A stretch of 61,623 nucleotides of DNA, filler included, from Hausera hauseri (Eukaryota): the NCBI GenBank assembly GCA_046269625.1. It is 12 parts of 12 records of this genome, joined end to end, with 100 filler letters (N's around TTAATTAATTAA, not from the genome) between each part and the next. Parts side by side here need not be neighbours in the genome. Positions count along the whole stretch, not along the records: positions 57,534 to 61,623 come from JBJURY010768763.1; 11 more parts are not named here. One strand, given 5' to 3'. This document shows, in pieces, positions 59,470-61,623 of the stretch. The position numbers and the translations under genes were made by a program. Under the pieces are notes generated by a model, which was given only the letters and a program-made list of their open reading frames with translations, ran no database searches and was not told the DNA's origin. Position 1 is the stretch's first letter. Each line of letters starts with the position of its first letter.

Positions 59470-61623
59470 ACCATTTTTATGTCAGCATCTTTTCATGTTG
59501 GCAACTTTTCATGTTGGTAGTTTTTTTAATGTCAGTAATTTTCATGTCAGTAATTTTTCATATAGGCAATTTTTCATGTTGACAACTTTTCATGTCAGCA
59601 ATTTTTCATTTCGACAACTTTTCATATCAGTAAATTTTCATGTTGGCAACATTTCTTGTTGACAACTTTCATGTTTGTTACTTTTCATGTTGACATTTTT
59701 TTCATCCATGACAACGTTTCATGTTGGCAGTTTTTTCATATCAACAACGTTTCGTGTTGAAATTTTTCATGACTTCAACTTTTCATATTGACAGTTTTTC
59801 ATGTCGGCAATTTTTCATGACAGCAATTTTTCATGCCAGAAATTGTTAATGTCCATCATTTTTTCATATTGGCAACTTTTTACGTTGTCTGGATTTCATG
59901 TCAGTTTTCTTGTCGACAAATTTTCATGTTGACAACATTTCATACTACCAACTTTTCAGGTTGGTCATTTTTTTCTTGTCGACAACTTTTTATGTTGGCC
60001 ACTTTTCATTTTGGCAATTTTTGATGTTGGCTATTTTTCATGTTGGCAGTTTTTCAGTTCGAGAACTTCTCATGTTTTCAATTTTTTATGACATCAACTT
60101 TTTCAACTTATTATATCGGCATTTTTTTTCCATGTCAGCAACTTTTCATGGTGAAAACGTTTCATCTTGGCAGCTTTTCATATCGGCAAATTGTCATGTA
60201 GTCAACTTTTGATTCAGAAATAATTATCAGCAACTTTTTTCTTGTCACAAGTTAGGGACAACATTTGTGGTAAAAGGTTCGAACATTTTCCATTCTTCTG
60301 GGTTTTGCAATCATTAGCTTTGACAGGTGGGTGAAGTTGGATCTTTTGCAGACTTTAGTTGTTTTTTTATCCATTCCAATTGTTTAAATTTTTTCTTTCT
60401 TGAGAGTGGTTTTCTGTATTCACATTTTCTGAACTTTTTTCCAATTTGTTTTGGTTCTATTACTCTTTTCACCTACTGACCAATACCCCTCAAAAATTGC
60501 CCACAGTGCATCCTGGAAACAGAAGAAATTCTGGTCAACTTTGGGAGAATCGAACATTGCATCAGGCAATAAAACCAAAACTTATCTAGCCTTGAAAATG
60601 TGTAAAACAAGCATCCGTCTGTTGGACTCATGCACCATGTTGGAAAATCTGTTTACTCGACTCTTGAGGAACTCTGAAACAAGTCTGTCGGACATGTTAA
60701 CACAGTAGTGAAGTAAGAAGCATACTCAATTGATGAAAACATAAACTTCCAGAATCTTGACAAAATCCCAAACTCAAGCTTATGAATAATATCAAGAGAC
60801 CTAAAATGGATTACAAAAGTCTGCAAGAATGCAGAAAACCATTTTCATGAAAGAAAAAATTAAACAATTGGAATGGATCAGAAAACAACTACAGTCTTAA
60901 AAAGACTAAACTTCACCCACCTATCAAAGCAAATAATGGTAAAACCCAGAAGAATGGAAAATGTTCGAACCCTTTACCACAAATATTGTCCCTAAGTTGT
61001 GACTAGAAAAAACAATGCTGACATTTATTTCTGAATACACAAGTTGCCTACATGAAAATTTTCATATATGAAAAGTTGCCAACATCCAAAGTTTTTGACA
61101 TGAAAAGTTGCCGAAATGAAAAAAATTGCCGACATGAAAAGTTGATGTCATGAAAAATTGCAAACGTGAAAATTGCCAACATAAGAAGTAGCCAACATAA
61201 AAAAAATTTCCAACATGAAAAGCAGACAACATGAAAAGTTGATGTCATCAAAAACTGACTGACATGAAAAGTTACCAATATGAAATGTCAACATGAAAAG
61301 TTGTCGATATGAAAAAAATGACCGACATGAAAAGTAGCTGAGATGAATAGTTGCTAACATAAAAAGGTTACCAATATGAAATGTTGACATGAAAAGTTGT
61401 CAACATAAAGTAACAGTGGCATAGTGGTTAATGTGCTTGTGCTCCTAAATGCATGATTGTGGGTCAATCCCAGCTGTGAGCATTGCATTCTTTTGACTAA
61501 TTATGTGCCGGTGTCAAGGAAGAATGTAGACACTAACTCCACATTTCCCTATGCACCTGTATTGGAGGGGGAAATGAAATGACTTGATGAAAAATTGTCA
61601 ATATGATAAGTTGTTGACACGAA
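59470..61623. mobile_element. Foldback-type element: long inverted arms built of about 19-20 bp tandem units plus a ~190-bp inner inverted repeat around a ~450-bp non-coding core
   Basis: Left arm of ttttcatgttggcaac repeats (59470-60210), right arm of gttgccaacatgaaaa repeats (61043-61623). 60211-60399 is the near reverse complement of 60849-61038. Confidence 0.85.
61410..61583 (+). mobile_element. tRNA-derived SINE inserted in the foldback right arm
   Basis: A box TGGCATAGTGG (61417-61427) and B-box-like GGGTCAATCCC (61461-61471). It interrupts the tandem repeat. Confidence 0.55.

Noticed and set aside
59833-61390. Phe/Ser/Cys-rich ORFs
   Set aside because: They are translations of the tandem repeat arms.
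61410-61480. tRNA gene
   Set aside because: A and B boxes are present, but no consistent cloverleaf or acceptor stem; better explained as a SINE head.

Overview
This is not one locus. It is 12 unrelated contigs joined by 100-nt artificial spacers (N-run, TTAATTAATTAA, N-run), plus one plain N gap. The content is mostly eukaryotic, repeat-rich and degenerate, probably from more than one organism. Recognisable content: a titin/twitchin-like Ig/Fn3 ORF fused in frame to an SF3B1 fragment; a decayed chuvirus-like glycoprotein; a large intronless SRCR-repeat gene; intron-containing WDR36/UTP21 and DHX37 genes; a decayed Maverick/Polinton (adintovirus-like) module; a staphylococcal-type IS110 fragment joined to a cytochrome P450; and mariner, RTE-LINE, SINE and foldback remnants. 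The most striking signal is in four contigs, where LTR-retrotransposon gag genes from two apparently unrelated families each carry an N-terminal ubiquitin-like domain ending in a di-glycine-type site (GLKGG/RLKEG and RIRGG/RMRGA). This suggests Gag maturation by host deubiquitinases. In the same four contigs the region upstream of gag is packed with sense-oriented, intronless, decayed host gene fragments (CDK, SCOT, Vasa-like helicase, KIF15, PRIM2, protocadherin, LRR, APC1, USP7). In one contig these lie directly behind an LTR end and primer-binding site, consistent with serial host-mRNA capture. All family assignments come from motif recognition by eye, not database searches.
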